Assembly (NCBI GenBank): GCA_964415705.1
Contig: CAYQBV010000001.1
Coordinates: 1-61,538, forward strand
DNA from: an uncultured Chthoniobacter sp.
GTDB taxonomy: Bacteria > Verrucomicrobiota > Verrucomicrobiia > Chthoniobacterales > Chthoniobacteraceae
Length of the DNA: 61,538 nucleotides
Reading direction: 5' to 3'
Shown here: piece after piece, positions 41,597 through 51,479 of the stretch
Position numbering within the stretch: the stretch's first letter is position 1
How the letters are laid out: each line of letters starts with the position of its first letter
Notes under the pieces: generated by a model
The model's input: only the letters and a program-made list of their open reading frames with translations
Database searches by the model: none
What the model was told of the DNA's origin: nothing
Translations under genes and position numbers: made by a program

Positions 41597-44500
41597 ATGA
41601 CTCCACAGGAACTGCTGAGGGTGCGCGAGAAAGAGGCTGAGGCCGAAGCCGACGCGGACTTCGAGTTCGAGCAGGCCCAAGCCGTCGCCCCCAACGGCAC
41701 CCCTGCTGCACCTGCACCGCCTGCACAGACCACCCCGACCGACATCGCCCAAGCTGCCGCCCCGCAGTTGAACGCGCTGGCCACCCTGGTCGCACCGCCG
41801 CGCACCCGCACTCAAGGACCGGCGCGCGTGGCACCACCGCCACCTGCACCGGAACCCGAACCGCTTGACCCGATTCCACCGACGCCAGCCGAGCCCGCGG
41901 AGTTCCAGACCGGCACCGTCGACCTTCCCGGCGAGGCGATGCAGACGACGGTGCAGAAGCCGCTTGAGGCGGCGCGGACGGAGAAACCGGGACCCCGCGA
42001 CGTCGTGCCCCGCTCGCAACTGCTGGCCAACGTGTTCCAGGGCGGTTTCGCAGGCGTGCCAGTCGGCGCGATGAAGGCGATCCTCGGGGACAGCAAATTC
42101 ACCCGTGGCGTCGACATCATGCGCCTGCTAGCGGCGGCGCAGGACGCTGACCCGGTGCAGAAGCAGCGGATCCTGGCGCAGATGAAGCAGTTGGGCGCGG
42201 GCATCGAGCGACTGCCAGAAATAGCGGATTGGAACGCGGCGGACGAAGGGATCTACGACGTCTCGACGGATCCGGTTGCGGGCATGACCGACGAAACCAT
42301 GCGGCCAGCACCGCCCCGACGCGGGACCGGCATCGGCGGACCACTGGAACGCGTCACCCAGGCGGCAGAAGTGCAGCGCGTCGAGCGTCAGAAGCGCGCG
42401 CTGGACGGCGACACCGCTGACAACGCCGGGCGTGGCGTCCGCAACACCGTGACCGACGCGCTGGACAACCTGGGCGGCTTGCTCGTGTTGATGAACGAGG
42501 TGGCCGGCGTCGTCATGGTGGAGCGCGGCGAGCGTCCCGAGGAGCGGATGTCTAGGCTGTCCCAGGAGATGATCGAAGGCGGTCTCGGCAGCACGGCGGA
42601 CTTGGCGCAGGGGCTCACGGACTTGTCGGCAAACTCGTTCCTGACGCATCCGCTAACAACGTGGCTGACGTTCGTGGATCCGCTGGTGCAGGCCGGGAAA
42701 GCCACGCCGTCGGTGGCGGCTCGCGCTGCCAAGATCGACGACGGCTTCCGGGAGTACGTTGTCACGCCGATCGTAGAGAACGTCGTCGACCGGGCACTCG
42801 GCGCTGGCGACAAGGCGACCGGCAAGGTGCGCCGGGAAGGCGTCGCTGACGTGTGGGACGAGGCCAAGGCGTTCCTGAAGCGGCTCATCGTGGACGGCAT
42901 CTACCAGATGGATCTGCGTGCAACTCGGCTCGTGGAGGGACTGATCCACGGACAAGAGGAGGCGGCGGCGACGATCCGGAACATGGGCGAAGTCATCGCG
43001 CGCCAAGTGGAACAGGGCCTCGTGAACCTGGACACGCCGGAACTGGAGCGGAAGTCGCTGGCGGTGGTGCCGCCGGGCGTGGTGTCGGAGGCGAAGGCTG
43101 GTGAGCGGGCGGTTGGCGCTGCGGAGACGGCTGCCGGGAAGATTGGCGGCCTGGCGGAAGCGGCGGACGTCACGGCGGGAGAGGCGAAGGGCGTCAAGGG
43201 TGCGGTCAACTGGCTCGGCAAGCAGGCGAACAAGGCGGAGCGCGGAATTGCTGGCGGGGCAGCCAAGGCGGCCGGTGCCATCGAGAAGGGCGCAGACGCT
43301 TTGGGGATGGACTCCGCGCGCCAGTACGACGCCGTCGACCGGATCGTGGATGCAGCGATGCCGCTGGTTGAGCGCATTCAGAAGATGGATTTGCCGCCGA
43401 CGGCCCGAGCGCAAATCCTGGCATCCAAGGAGGCTGCGGCATTCGAGGTAGCGCGGGTCGAATACGCGAGAGTGGCGTCGCGCGCAGGCCAGAGGCTCGC
43501 ATACACCAACGAGCCGTTGACCCCGGCGGCGCAGGATGCGCTGTTTGCCAAGTCGGAGCGCGGCCATGCCCGTGCCGATGCGGCGGGAGTGCGCGAGCAG
43601 AAGGCCCGTGACCTGCACGACGACCTTGGGGTGGCGGACGCGACCCTGCGCGACGCCAAGGGGATGGCCGCCGAAGCGGCGCGGGATCTGCCGCGCAAAC
43701 TCAAGGCGTTTGAGAATGCCGCCGAAGCGTTGAAGCGCCACGCGGAAGCCGTTGTCGAGGGCGTCATGGCCGGCGGTGCCAAGGCTGCCACGGCAGGGCT
43801 CGGCCTCGTGGACGCCGCCCGCGCCATCGACGCCGACACCGCCGCCGGCATGACCCGCGAAGTCGCGTCGATCGCCAAGGGACAGGCCCGCGCCGCAGAG
43901 CGCCAAGCCGAGCGTGTCGCCGCCGAAGTCGAAGGTGCAGGTGAGCGTCCGCAAGTGGAAGCCGGCGACGTCTACGCACCGCCCGGCGAACTGCCACCGG
44001 GCGAGCGCGTCACGGCGCAGCAACCGGGCGCGGCGACGTTCGGCCAGCAGCAGTCGCTTGCCGACCTGTTCCCGACCGCGCCACGGGGAGCACTCGCGGA
44101 TCTTGAGGCGGCGACGGCGCGGGCCTCGGAACTGAAGCGGGATGCGTTGGCGGCCGGGTTCCCGGAAGCGCAGGATCTGCCGCCCACGACGGCGCGCTTC
44201 CGTGGGCGTCCAACCGAGGGCGGCGCTGACGTGGGCGCACTCGGCGGCGCGGTGGAGGGGACGCCGATCCAGAAGGCAACCGCGCGATGGGGTCTGCCCG
44301 CCGACGCCACGCTGTACGACGTCGCACGCGCCGCCGCAGAGGACTTCAAGGACCGCGCTGTCGGCATGGGCAAGGAAGGCGGAATCCAGGGCACGCTGGA
44401 AGCGGAACTGCGTTTGCTTGGCGTTCCCGAGCCGGCTGTCGCACCGTCCGCTGGCTGGTTCCTGGCGGAAGTCGAAGCCCGCGACCACGCCAAACGGCTC

Positions 44501-47500
44501 GCAGTGCCGCACGGGGCCATCCACCGGCCGCCACCCGAAGTCATGCAGTTCGACGTCAACGACGACGGCACCCTGACGGAGACGCCGGAAGCGCAGCGGT
44601 TGCGTGCGGCGACGGCAGACGCCGACCTGCCGGAGCCGGGACCGGCGCGGCGAGCGCTGCAAGAGTCCCGCGAGATGGCGGACCGTCGCGTGGTCGCAGA
44701 GGCACCGAAGCCGTACCGGACCGACAACGCCGTGGTCAACGCCGCGCTCGACAAGATCGGTGCGGAAATGCGGAAGCACGGCTACTACGCCGACCTGACG
44801 ACGCCAGGCCGCAACGTGGCGACGGAGCCCATGCGCCTTGCGGACTTCACGCCGCAGAAGTTCGTCGAGGTCAAGGACGCGGAACTGCGCCGCCTGACCG
44901 CCGAGCGCATCCAGCAGCAACTCTTGGACCCGCTGGTCCCGGACTCGACGCAACTGATGCAGGTGCCGGTAGTGCGAAACGCCGCGCTGACCGCCATCGC
45001 CCGCAACGCGCGCAAGGCAGGCATGAGCGCCGCCGCGATCGGCAAACTCAAGGGCGAGTTCGCGCACCAGTTGTCGGCTCCGAAGCGCGAGGCGGTCGGC
45101 TCCAAGCAGCGGTTCGTCGAGTTCAAGTACCGCGGCGAGCCGATCTGGACGCGAGCCGACTACGCGAAGCTCCAGGATTCGCTGCCGAAGTCGCGTGTCC
45201 AGCAGGCCCAGGCCAAGCGCATCCGGGAACTGGCCAACGAAGCAGCCGACACGGCATCGGTCTACGGCCAACTCCAAGAATACAACGCCGAGGTCAACCG
45301 CTTCCGCCGCACGCCCAAGGGCGAGACGTTGACTGCCACCCTGGGCGACGTCTTCGGGTACGCCAAGGAGGTCGCGTGGCGCGTGCTGGGGGAGGCCGGC
45401 GAACTCATGCCGCAGATGATGCCGTTCTCCGGCGTCGGGGTGGCGGCGGCCATGCGGACGAACGCGGCGGACTGGTCGGCGCAGTTGAGGGTGCCGGAAG
45501 CCGCCGTCAAGCAGTTGGCAGGGCGGCTGGAGGGGTTCAAGGCGCTCAAGGAAACGCCGCTCCAGAAGGGCTGGGCCGAAGTCTGGAAGGACACGTTCCG
45601 GTCGGTCGAGCCGGAGACGTTCTTCGACAACATCTACGTCAAGCCGTCGGTCGTGTCGTCGCTCCAGGCTGACTTCTTCATGCGGACGGCGGGGCGGTCG
45701 CTGTGGGGACCGATTGGTATCGTGACGGCGCTCGCGGCCAGGTCCAAGGCCGGCGTCGTCGCGGAGAACCTGAAGACGCTCCTGTTCAACAACCTGTCCA
45801 ACATTGCGCTCGACATCGTGACCGAAGCCAACCCGACGGCCAGCGTGAGCGACCCACTGTTCGCGGCGTGGATGCTCAAGGCCCACCTCGACGGTCGCGG
45901 CAACATGCTGGGGGCTGCGGACCGTCAGATGATCGCGGCGATGGCCGACTCCGGGATCGTGCAGACGACGCAGGTGGCGCGCGACATCGGCGAAACGATG
46001 GTGTGGAAGCGGTTTGAGCAGACGGCTCCGGAGGCGGCACGCAAATTTGCGGACGTGTCGGCGCGCACGAGCGGAAAGGCAGCCGCACCGTTTGAGGCTT
46101 TCTCGGATTTCGTCGACATGCAGCGTGACGCCTACTCGCAGTTGGGCGACGTGCCGTTCCGACTGGCGAAGGCGATGCGGACGTATCGCAACCTCGAAGG
46201 CTACTTCGACAAGATGGAGCCCGGGACGACGATCAAGGTTCCGACCGGGACCACCCACTACGCCGAGGTCAAGGCGTTGGGTGACGGCAACTTCGCCGTC
46301 GTCGAGGTCGCGGGGTCGCGTGCCACGCTGCCAGGCGACGAGGCGGTCTACCACCGCGACAGCCCGGAGTTGGCGCGCATCAAGGCGTTGGCTGGCAAGG
46401 TGGCGCAAGAGAAATTGTACTTTGATTACGGACGCATCGGGAACTTCGGCAAGTACCTGCGCGGCGGCGGTCCGCTGTCGCTGCTCAGCGGCATCTTCTC
46501 GTGGTTTTTCAAGGCGGCGGACGTGCCGGGCATCAAGCGCGGTCTCGTTCAGGAGGCGCTGTCCGGACCGCAGCAGTACGAGACGACGTCGCGGGCCGTG
46601 GCAGCGGAGCAGGCGCAGCAGCGGTTGGCCATCGCCTACAAGCGCGCGGTCGCCGCGGCGTCGATCCGGGGCGCGACCCAGGACGACCGGCAGCAGCGGG
46701 AATTGCGGCAACTGTTCTCGTTTCAGCCGGAGATGGAGGGCGCGTACCTCACCGCCAGCACGCACCCGTGGCATGCCAACGTGCGCGACGTGATGCCGCT
46801 CATGTGGGCGTCCCCGAGCGCGGCGGTTGCGGGTGGGTTGGAAGGCATCGCAAACTCGCTGGCGTTCGGGCACTTGTTCGACGACCCGGTGCAACTGCGG
46901 GCGATGCTGCGACCGAGCGCGGATGCGCTGGCATCGGCGGCGACCGGCGAGGACGATCCGGTCGTGGCGAAGGCGAAACTCAAGGCCATGGGTCCGGCAG
47001 CCGCAGCGGAACTGCTGCGACCGGTGAAGGAACGCCAGGCACGGGCGCGGGCGCAACTGACCCGGTACGCGCTGGGCCGAGACTTCAACGTCGAGAAGGC
47101 CATCAACCTGACGGGGCTCGGCGGTGCGCCGATCCTGAACATCCTGTCGCGGATGAAGGAGTCTGCGGCTGGCGGGCGCAAATACTCGGCGTCGGACGCC
47201 ACCCGCGACTTCGCCAAGCAGATGTTCGGGGCCAACGTCACGGCGCTCCAGAACGTCGCGGCCGGCGCGCTGGGTGAGGCTGGCATCGACAGCGCCGCAT
47301 CGTGGTCGACCTACGGGCACAAGCAGGCGCGGCAGGGCTTCAAGTCAGGCGAGATGGGCGCAGACGAGGCGAACTTCGTGCGCTGGGCGGTCAAGGAACT
47401 AGCCGGTGTCGGCTACGCAGAGGTGCTGTATGCCGAGGGCGTCAACCCGGAGACCGGTGGTGCCCTGCGCGGACAACTGGTGAACTACCTCGTCCGCACC

Positions 47501-47707
47501 AAGATCGCCTTGAAAGACAGCCTGCTCAAAGAAGCCAAGGCGCAGGCGAGCCGTGGCGTCAAGGGCGCGCAGGCGAAGGTCGAGATCATCAACGACATCA
47601 TCGACGACGAAATGGAAGCCCTGAAGAACACGATCGAGCGGCAGTTCCTGGCCATGCGCCGCAAGGCCACAGAGAGGGCGGTTGTCAAGCCAGCGCCCGC
47701 ACAGTAG
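41597..47707 (+). CDS. Large internal virion / DNA ejection protein (2036 aa)
   Basis: Size, Ala-rich helical composition and position typical of podovirus ejection proteins; no catalytic motif recognised. Confidence 0.7.
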   Translation: MTPQELLRVREKEAEAEADADFEFEQAQAVAPNGTPAAPAPPAQTTPTDIAQAAAPQLNALATLVAPPRTRTQGPARVAPPPPAPEPEPLDPIPPTPAEPAEFQTGTVDLPGEAMQTTVQKPLEAARTEKPGPRDVVPRSQLLANVFQGGFAGVPVGAMKAILGDSKFTRGVDIMRLLAAAQDADPVQKQRILAQMKQLGAGIERLPEIADWNAADEGIYDVSTDPVAGMTDETMRPAPPRRGTGIGGPLERVTQAAEVQRVERQKRALDGDTADNAGRGVRNTVTDALDNLGGLLVLMNEVAGVVMVERGERPEERMSRLSQEMIEGGLGSTADLAQGLTDLSANSFLTHPLTTWLTFVDPLVQAGKATPSVAARAAKIDDGFREYVVTPIVENVVDRALGAGDKATGKVRREGVADVWDEAKAFLKRLIVDGIYQMDLRATRLVEGLIHGQEEAAATIRNMGEVIARQVEQGLVNLDTPELERKSLAVVPPGVVSEAKAGERAVGAAETAAGKIGGLAEAADVTAGEAKGVKGAVNWLGKQANKAERGIAGGAAKAAGAIEKGADALGMDSARQYDAVDRIVDAAMPLVERIQKMDLPPTARAQILASKEAAAFEVARVEYARVASRAGQRLAYTNEPLTPAAQDALFAKSERGHARADAAGVREQKARDLHDDLGVADATLRDAKGMAAEAARDLPRKLKAFENAAEALKRHAEAVVEGVMAGGAKAATAGLGLVDAARAIDADTAAGMTREVASIAKGQARAAERQAERVAAEVEGAGERPQVEAGDVYAPPGELPPGERVTAQQPGAATFGQQQSLADLFPTAPRGALADLEAATARASELKRDALAAGFPEAQDLPPTTARFRGRPTEGGADVGALGGAVEGTPIQKATARWGLPADATLYDVARAAAEDFKDRAVGMGKEGGIQGTLEAELRLLGVPEPAVAPSAGWFLAEVEARDHAKRLAVPHGAIHRPPPEVMQFDVNDDGTLTETPEAQRLRAATADADLPEPGPARRALQESREMADRRVVAEAPKPYRTDNAVVNAALDKIGAEMRKHGYYADLTTPGRNVATEPMRLADFTPQKFVEVKDAELRRLTAERIQQQLLDPLVPDSTQLMQVPVVRNAALTAIARNARKAGMSAAAIGKLKGEFAHQLSAPKREAVGSKQRFVEFKYRGEPIWTRADYAKLQDSLPKSRVQQAQAKRIRELANEAADTASVYGQLQEYNAEVNRFRRTPKGETLTATLGDVFGYAKEVAWRVLGEAGELMPQMMPFSGVGVAAAMRTNAADWSAQLRVPEAAVKQLAGRLEGFKALKETPLQKGWAEVWKDTFRSVEPETFFDNIYVKPSVVSSLQADFFMRTAGRSLWGPIGIVTALAARSKAGVVAENLKTLLFNNLSNIALDIVTEANPTASVSDPLFAAWMLKAHLDGRGNMLGAADRQMIAAMADSGIVQTTQVARDIGETMVWKRFEQTAPEAARKFADVSARTSGKAAAPFEAFSDFVDMQRDAYSQLGDVPFRLAKAMRTYRNLEGYFDKMEPGTTIKVPTGTTHYAEVKALGDGNFAVVEVAGSRATLPGDEAVYHRDSPELARIKALAGKVAQEKLYFDYGRIGNFGKYLRGGGPLSLLSGIFSWFFKAADVPGIKRGLVQEALSGPQQYETTSRAVAAEQAQQRLAIAYKRAVAAASIRGATQDDRQQRELRQLFSFQPEMEGAYLTASTHPWHANVRDVMPLMWASPSAAVAGGLEGIANSLAFGHLFDDPVQLRAMLRPSADALASAATGEDDPVVAKAKLKAMGPAAAAELLRPVKERQARARAQLTRYALGRDFNVEKAINLTGLGGAPILNILSRMKESAAGGRKYSASDATRDFAKQMFGANVTALQNVAAGALGEAGIDSAASWSTYGHKQARQGFKSGEMGADEANFVRWAVKELAGVGYAEVLYAEGVNPETGGALRGQLVNYLVRTKIALKDSLLKEAKAQASRGVKGAQAKVEIINDIIDDEMEALKNTIERQFLAMRRKATERAVVKPAPAQ

Positions 47708-47731
47708 GATTCCCGCGCAGGAGGCGCCACC

Positions 47732-48145
47732 ATGCCCGGACCCACACGTTCCCTGAAAGCCGGTATCACGCCGGATCTGCGGAAGGTCATCGACTCCGCC
47801 CTCGCCGCCAACAGCGACCCGATTACGCTGGGCGACGACACCGGCGCGCTGAGCCTGGCCGCGCTCGGGCAGTACGCGGCCATCGACTGCATCGCGGACG
47901 CTGCGGTCGCCGGTAGTTCCTTCGACCTCGACGTGTGGTGGTGGTACGCCGTCGCCGGCCTCTACGTCCACGATGACGTGATCGGCACTGTGTCCGTGAC
48001 GGAGGCTGGCGGCACGTCGGCGTTCCCCATCCTGAACACGCCGCGCTACCCGTGCGCGGACGGCGTCTACATCGAGGTCTCGAACTTCGTGGGCGTCGGG
48101 GCCACGGCCGACGTCTGGCTGGCGGGGCGACAGGAGAACAACTGA
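47732..48145 (+). CDS. Hypothetical virion protein
   Basis: SD AGGAGG; beta-rich. Confidence 0.7.
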   Translation: MPGPTRSLKAGITPDLRKVIDSALAANSDPITLGDDTGALSLAALGQYAAIDCIADAAVAGSSFDLDVWWWYAVAGLYVHDDVIGTVSVTEAGGTSAFPILNTPRYPCADGVYIEVSNFVGVGATADVWLAGRQENN

Positions 48146-48525
48146 TGGCCGGGCGCACCGACCCGTTTGCCCCGATGCCCAAGACCGGCGGCTCGTTCAT
48201 TGGCGCTGTCATCTCGACGCCCGTGGCGCTCACCGATGCCGCGACAATCGCCACGAACGCCGCGCTCGGCAACGTGTTCACCGTCACGCTCGCCGGCAAC
48301 CGCACGCTCGGCGCACCCACGAACGCAGTGGCTGGGCAGCAGGCGACGTGGCTTGTGACCCAGGACGGCGTGGGCGGGCGCACCTTGAACGTCGCCAACG
48401 CGGCTTTCCTGTGGCCGGGCGGCGTGGAGCCGGTGCTGTCCACGGGTGCCGGCGACAAAGACGTGTTTTCCGGCATCTTCAACGGGACCGCGTGGCTGAT
48501 GACGTTCGCCAAGGACTTCTCGTAG
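48145..48525 (+). CDS. Tail fibre tip / receptor-binding-like domain protein
   Basis: GNVFTVTLAGNRTL..PTN...GQ....VTQDG.GGRTL....WPGG..P.LST..G..D, a common phage fibre module. Confidence 0.75.
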   Translation: MAGRTDPFAPMPKTGGSFIGAVISTPVALTDAATIATNAALGNVFTVTLAGNRTLGAPTNAVAGQQATWLVTQDGVGGRTLNVANAAFLWPGGVEPVLSTGAGDKDVFSGIFNGTAWLMTFAKDFS

Positions 48526-48537
48526 GAGGTCGTCGCA

Positions 48538-49296
48538 GTGTTCGGCCTCATCCAGACGATGGTGCAACCCGACAGCGTGATCATGGCCGCCAACCCGGTC
48601 ATGTGGCTCGACGGTCGGCAGATCCCCGGAGCCAACGCGGCGGCCATCTCGACCACGCCCTGCCGTGGGTCGGCCGGCGTTCCGTTCGTGCAGGCGACGG
48701 GAGCCAGGCAGCCGACCGTCCAGCATCTGACGAACCGGAGCGTGGTGCGCTTCGACGGCACCAACGACTGCCTGACGACGACCGCGCTCAGCCTCGTGGT
48801 GCCGGCCGTGACCCTGTTGGCCGTGCTCCAGAACAACTCGGCCGGTGCCGGCGTGATCATGGAGACGTCGGCCGCGTATTTCAGCAACGTCGGGGCGTTC
48901 GCGTTCTTCGCCAACCTCGACGCGGCCGGCGCGGGCACGGCGAGCAAGACGTTTTGCGGCCTGCACCTCGGCAACGTCGGCATCTGCCTGTCGTCCACGA
49001 CGCCGACCTACGCGACCACGGTTTGCGCGGGGATGCGGAGCGACTTCAGCCAGGCGGCAGCGTCTGAGGTGCTGATGCGGGTCGACGACGCGGCCCCGGC
49101 ACAATCCGGCATCAGCGCCGCGAACACCGGCGTCACGCACGGCAACTACGTCGTCAACGTCGGGGCGCGCAACAACGGGGCGTCGAACCGCATCTCGGCC
49201 GACGTCGCGCAACTCGTGTTGTTCGCCAGCAACCTCAGCGCCGCGACCTACACCGCCGTCGACCGGGCGTTGCGGGACATTACGGGGGTGGCTTGA
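48538..49296 (+). CDS. Concanavalin/LamG-like tail tip or receptor-binding protein
   Basis: MWLDG, QATG..QP, VRFDGTND.L, IS.DVAQLVLF..NLS. Confidence 0.65.
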   Translation: MFGLIQTMVQPDSVIMAANPVMWLDGRQIPGANAAAISTTPCRGSAGVPFVQATGARQPTVQHLTNRSVVRFDGTNDCLTTTALSLVVPAVTLLAVLQNNSAGAGVIMETSAAYFSNVGAFAFFANLDAAGAGTASKTFCGLHLGNVGICLSSTTPTYATTVCAGMRSDFSQAAASEVLMRVDDAAPAQSGISAANTGVTHGNYVVNVGARNNGASNRISADVAQLVLFASNLSAATYTAVDRALRDITGVA

Positions 49297-49523
49297 TGCG
49301 AACGACCGCAGACTGGCTAGCCTTCGCGGCAATCGGCCTCACGATCCTCGGCGGCGCGGCGCTGATGGGCGGGCGGCTCTCGGCGCTGGAGACAAAGGTC
49401 GACGCGGCGGACAAGAAGCTGGACGGCCTGGTGGCGGCGGTTGACGCGATTGCGCCTCGGACGGTTCGGATGCCGGCGGCTCCGGCGGGTCGGACGGTGC
49501 AGGCTGGGATGGGGGCGCCGTGA
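49296..49523 (+). CDS. Membrane protein with coiled coil (lysis accessory)
   Basis: One TM helix followed by RLSALETKVD. Confidence 0.65.
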   Translation: MRTTADWLAFAAIGLTILGGAALMGGRLSALETKVDAADKKLDGLVAAVDAIAPRTVRMPAAPAGRTVQAGMGAP

Positions 49524-50056
49524 AACTCCAAGACGTCATTGACCGCGCCCTGGCTGCTGACAAGACGCCGTGCGACTACCGCATGGGTGCCGGCGTCAAG
49601 AGCGCGAAGGCCCCGGTGCCGTGGGCGCCGTTCTCCGTCGAGGGGCACTTCTTCCCGCGCGGCTGCGACTGTTCGGCGTTCGCCTGCTGGGCTTCCGGCG
49701 TCGACAAGTACGACGGCGAGGCCAAGTGCTGGTATGGCACCGACCGCATCTTCGACGACGCGCAGGGCAAGCAGCGCCGGTTCCGCCGCCTCGCCTCGCC
49801 TGTGCCCAGCTGCCTCGTGGTCTACCCAGGCTACGACAAGGGCGGCAAGCGGCGCGCTGGTCACGTCGGCGTCGTCCTAGACCCCGGCCGGCACTTCATC
49901 ATCGACTGCGCGGACAGCCCCGACGACGATGCGGGCGGCGTGGGCGACGGCATCACGCAGCGGGTCGCCAACTTCTTCTGGGATCCGAAGCCGGCGTTTC
50001 GCAAGCCGGCGATCTTCGTCGTTGCCGTCCACCTTGAGGACGCGCCAAGGGGTTGA
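49520..50056 (+). CDS. Endolysin, NlpC/P60 (CHAP-like) peptidase
   Basis: Y.MGAG, CDCSAF (catalytic Cys), GHVGVV (His). Confidence 0.8.
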   Translation: MKLQDVIDRALAADKTPCDYRMGAGVKSAKAPVPWAPFSVEGHFFPRGCDCSAFACWASGVDKYDGEAKCWYGTDRIFDDAQGKQRRFRRLASPVPSCLVVYPGYDKGGKRRAGHVGVVLDPGRHFIIDCADSPDDDAGGVGDGITQRVANFFWDPKPAFRKPAIFVVAVHLEDAPRG

Positions 50057-50058
50057 CC

Positions 50059-50244
50059 ATGCGCTACCTGCTCCCCGTCCTGTTCGCCATCCTCGCCGGG
50101 TGCAGCAAGCCCGCGCCGGAGGTTCCCGATGTCGACGCTGAGGACGTACATCCCGCGGCCGAGGTCGACCAGTTGGAGACGCCCCTGGACGTCACCGCAG
50201 CAGTTGCCGGACCCGACGATTCAACGGCTGCGGGAGGAGGCTGA
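50059..50244 (+). CDS. Small lipoprotein (spanin-like?)
   Basis: Signal peptide with an LAGC lipobox. Confidence 0.7.
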   Translation: MRYLLPVLFAILAGCSKPAPEVPDVDAEDVHPAAEVDQLETPLDVTAAVAGPDDSTAAGGG

Positions 50245-50246
50245 GG

Positions 50247-50552
50247 ATGGTCGACCTGAGCCGCCACCCGTACGACCGCCCGATGCACGAACAGAGGACG
50301 GTGAGGGTGCTGGCCGTGATCGCGGGCGTTGAGGCTCTGGCGATCGCGTTGCAGCACGCACCCGTCGGCGTCACGATCCACCCGTTGATCCCGTACCTCG
50401 CGCACGTCGCGGGCTTCGTGGCGTCGGCTGTCGGGCTGGCGATCCGGGGCAAGGACACCCACGCCGTCAGACTCGCGACCGGGCAGCACAAGGCGCAGCG
50501 GTCCGTGGCGAAGCCGGACACGGTGACGACGCGCAAGGGCGGCAAGCTGTGA
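50247..50552 (+). CDS. Putative holin
   Basis: Two hydrophobic segments and a basic C-terminal tail, next to the endolysin. Confidence 0.55.
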   Translation: MVDLSRHPYDRPMHEQRTVRVLAVIAGVEALAIALQHAPVGVTIHPLIPYLAHVAGFVASAVGLAIRGKDTHAVRLATGQHKAQRSVAKPDTVTTRKGGKL

Positions 50553-50836
50553 CCCGCGACCAGATGATCGAGCTGGCGGCGTCGGCGTTCTGCCTCGTGG
50601 CGTTCCTGGCGCTCCTGGCGGTGGCGCTGTCGGGGTGCGGCCCCGTCTGGCCCCAGGTGTGCGTGGCCGACGAGAAGGGCATCGCGTGCCGGTGCAGCGA
50701 GATCCGCTTGCAACTGGTCGACCATCCGACAAAGCCCGAGCCCGCCGGTCAAGCGCGCATCCTGTGCGATGGCGAGCCGCTGCCGGTCTACGCCGATGGC
50801 GACACCTCAACCGTGTTGCCGAGGAAGCGTCCATGA
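50549..50836 (+). CDS. Lipoprotein
   Basis: Hydrophobic leader with an LSGC lipobox. Confidence 0.65.
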   Translation: MTRDQMIELAASAFCLVAFLALLAVALSGCGPVWPQVCVADEKGIACRCSEIRLQLVDHPTKPEPAGQARILCDGEPLPVYADGDTSTVLPRKRP

Positions 50837-51051
50837 GCAAGCCCGCACCGACGCTCGACGACGTGGCCGCCTGGCTGGCTACCCTGCTCGCGGCAGAGGT
50901 CGGCATCCCTCCCGTGCTGGCGACGGCTGCGGCGCATCTTGTCGTCGAGGAACTGGGCGAACTCAACCGGCGTGCGTGCGAGGTGCATGTCCACGCTCAC
51001 ACGGTGGTCGTCGAGGATCTTCGCGGGCTTGCGGCGCGGGAGCAGGGCTAG
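50833..51051 (+). CDS. Hypothetical protein, last gene of the rightward arm
   Basis: ATGA coupling. Confidence 0.55.
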   Translation: MSKPAPTLDDVAAWLATLLAAEVGIPPVLATAAAHLVVEELGELNRRACEVHVHAHTVVVEDLRGLAAREQG

Positions 51052-51317
51052 GCTCCGGATCCACGTATGCCGCCTTCGCCGCCGCCTGCATCAAAGGCAC
51101 CGTGCGCTCGCGTTCCAGTTGCACGCAACGCGCGTGAAGGCGTTCGATCTGCGCCGCCATCGCGACCATCCCGTCGCGCAGTACAGGGACGGGATCGATG
51201 CCTTGGTGTTCAGCGGCGTCAACCGCCTGGACGATGCGGTGGAACAGGACCGAGTTGCGGTATTGGTGCTGCGCTTCATCGCCTTCGATCAGCCTGCGCG
51301 ATAGTGGTCCGTTCATC
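50963..51317 (-). CDS. Hypothetical protein, last gene of the leftward arm
   Basis: SD GGAGG before MNGP; convergent overlap with the rightward arm. Confidence 0.55.
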
Positions 51318-51479
51318 TTGAGCCTCCAGCGTCCAGCATCTTTCTCAATGCCAGCACTTGCGATTGTGCCTTGCGGCAGCACTTCCGGCAAAGCCACCCG
51401 TTGGTCTCCGGGTTGCACTGCCGCGCACCGCACCCCAAACAGTGCCTCAGCGACGACGCGCGCATCGGGTGTGTGGTGG

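Noticed and set aside
42653-47320. Long antisense ORFs (also 16448-19360, 36451-39099, 31463-33577, 25192-26943, 4641-6569, 51681-53639)
   Set aside because: Shadow frames of real genes in GC-rich DNA; Arg/Ala/Pro-rich with no motifs or RBS.
22958-47707. Alternative genetic code, introns or inteins in core genes
   Set aside because: Core genes are full-length in the standard code, all three stop codons are used, and no splicing motifs were noticed.
47732-49296. Diversity-generating retroelement or retron
   Set aside because: No reverse transcriptase motif and no template/variable repeat pair seen anywhere in the genome.
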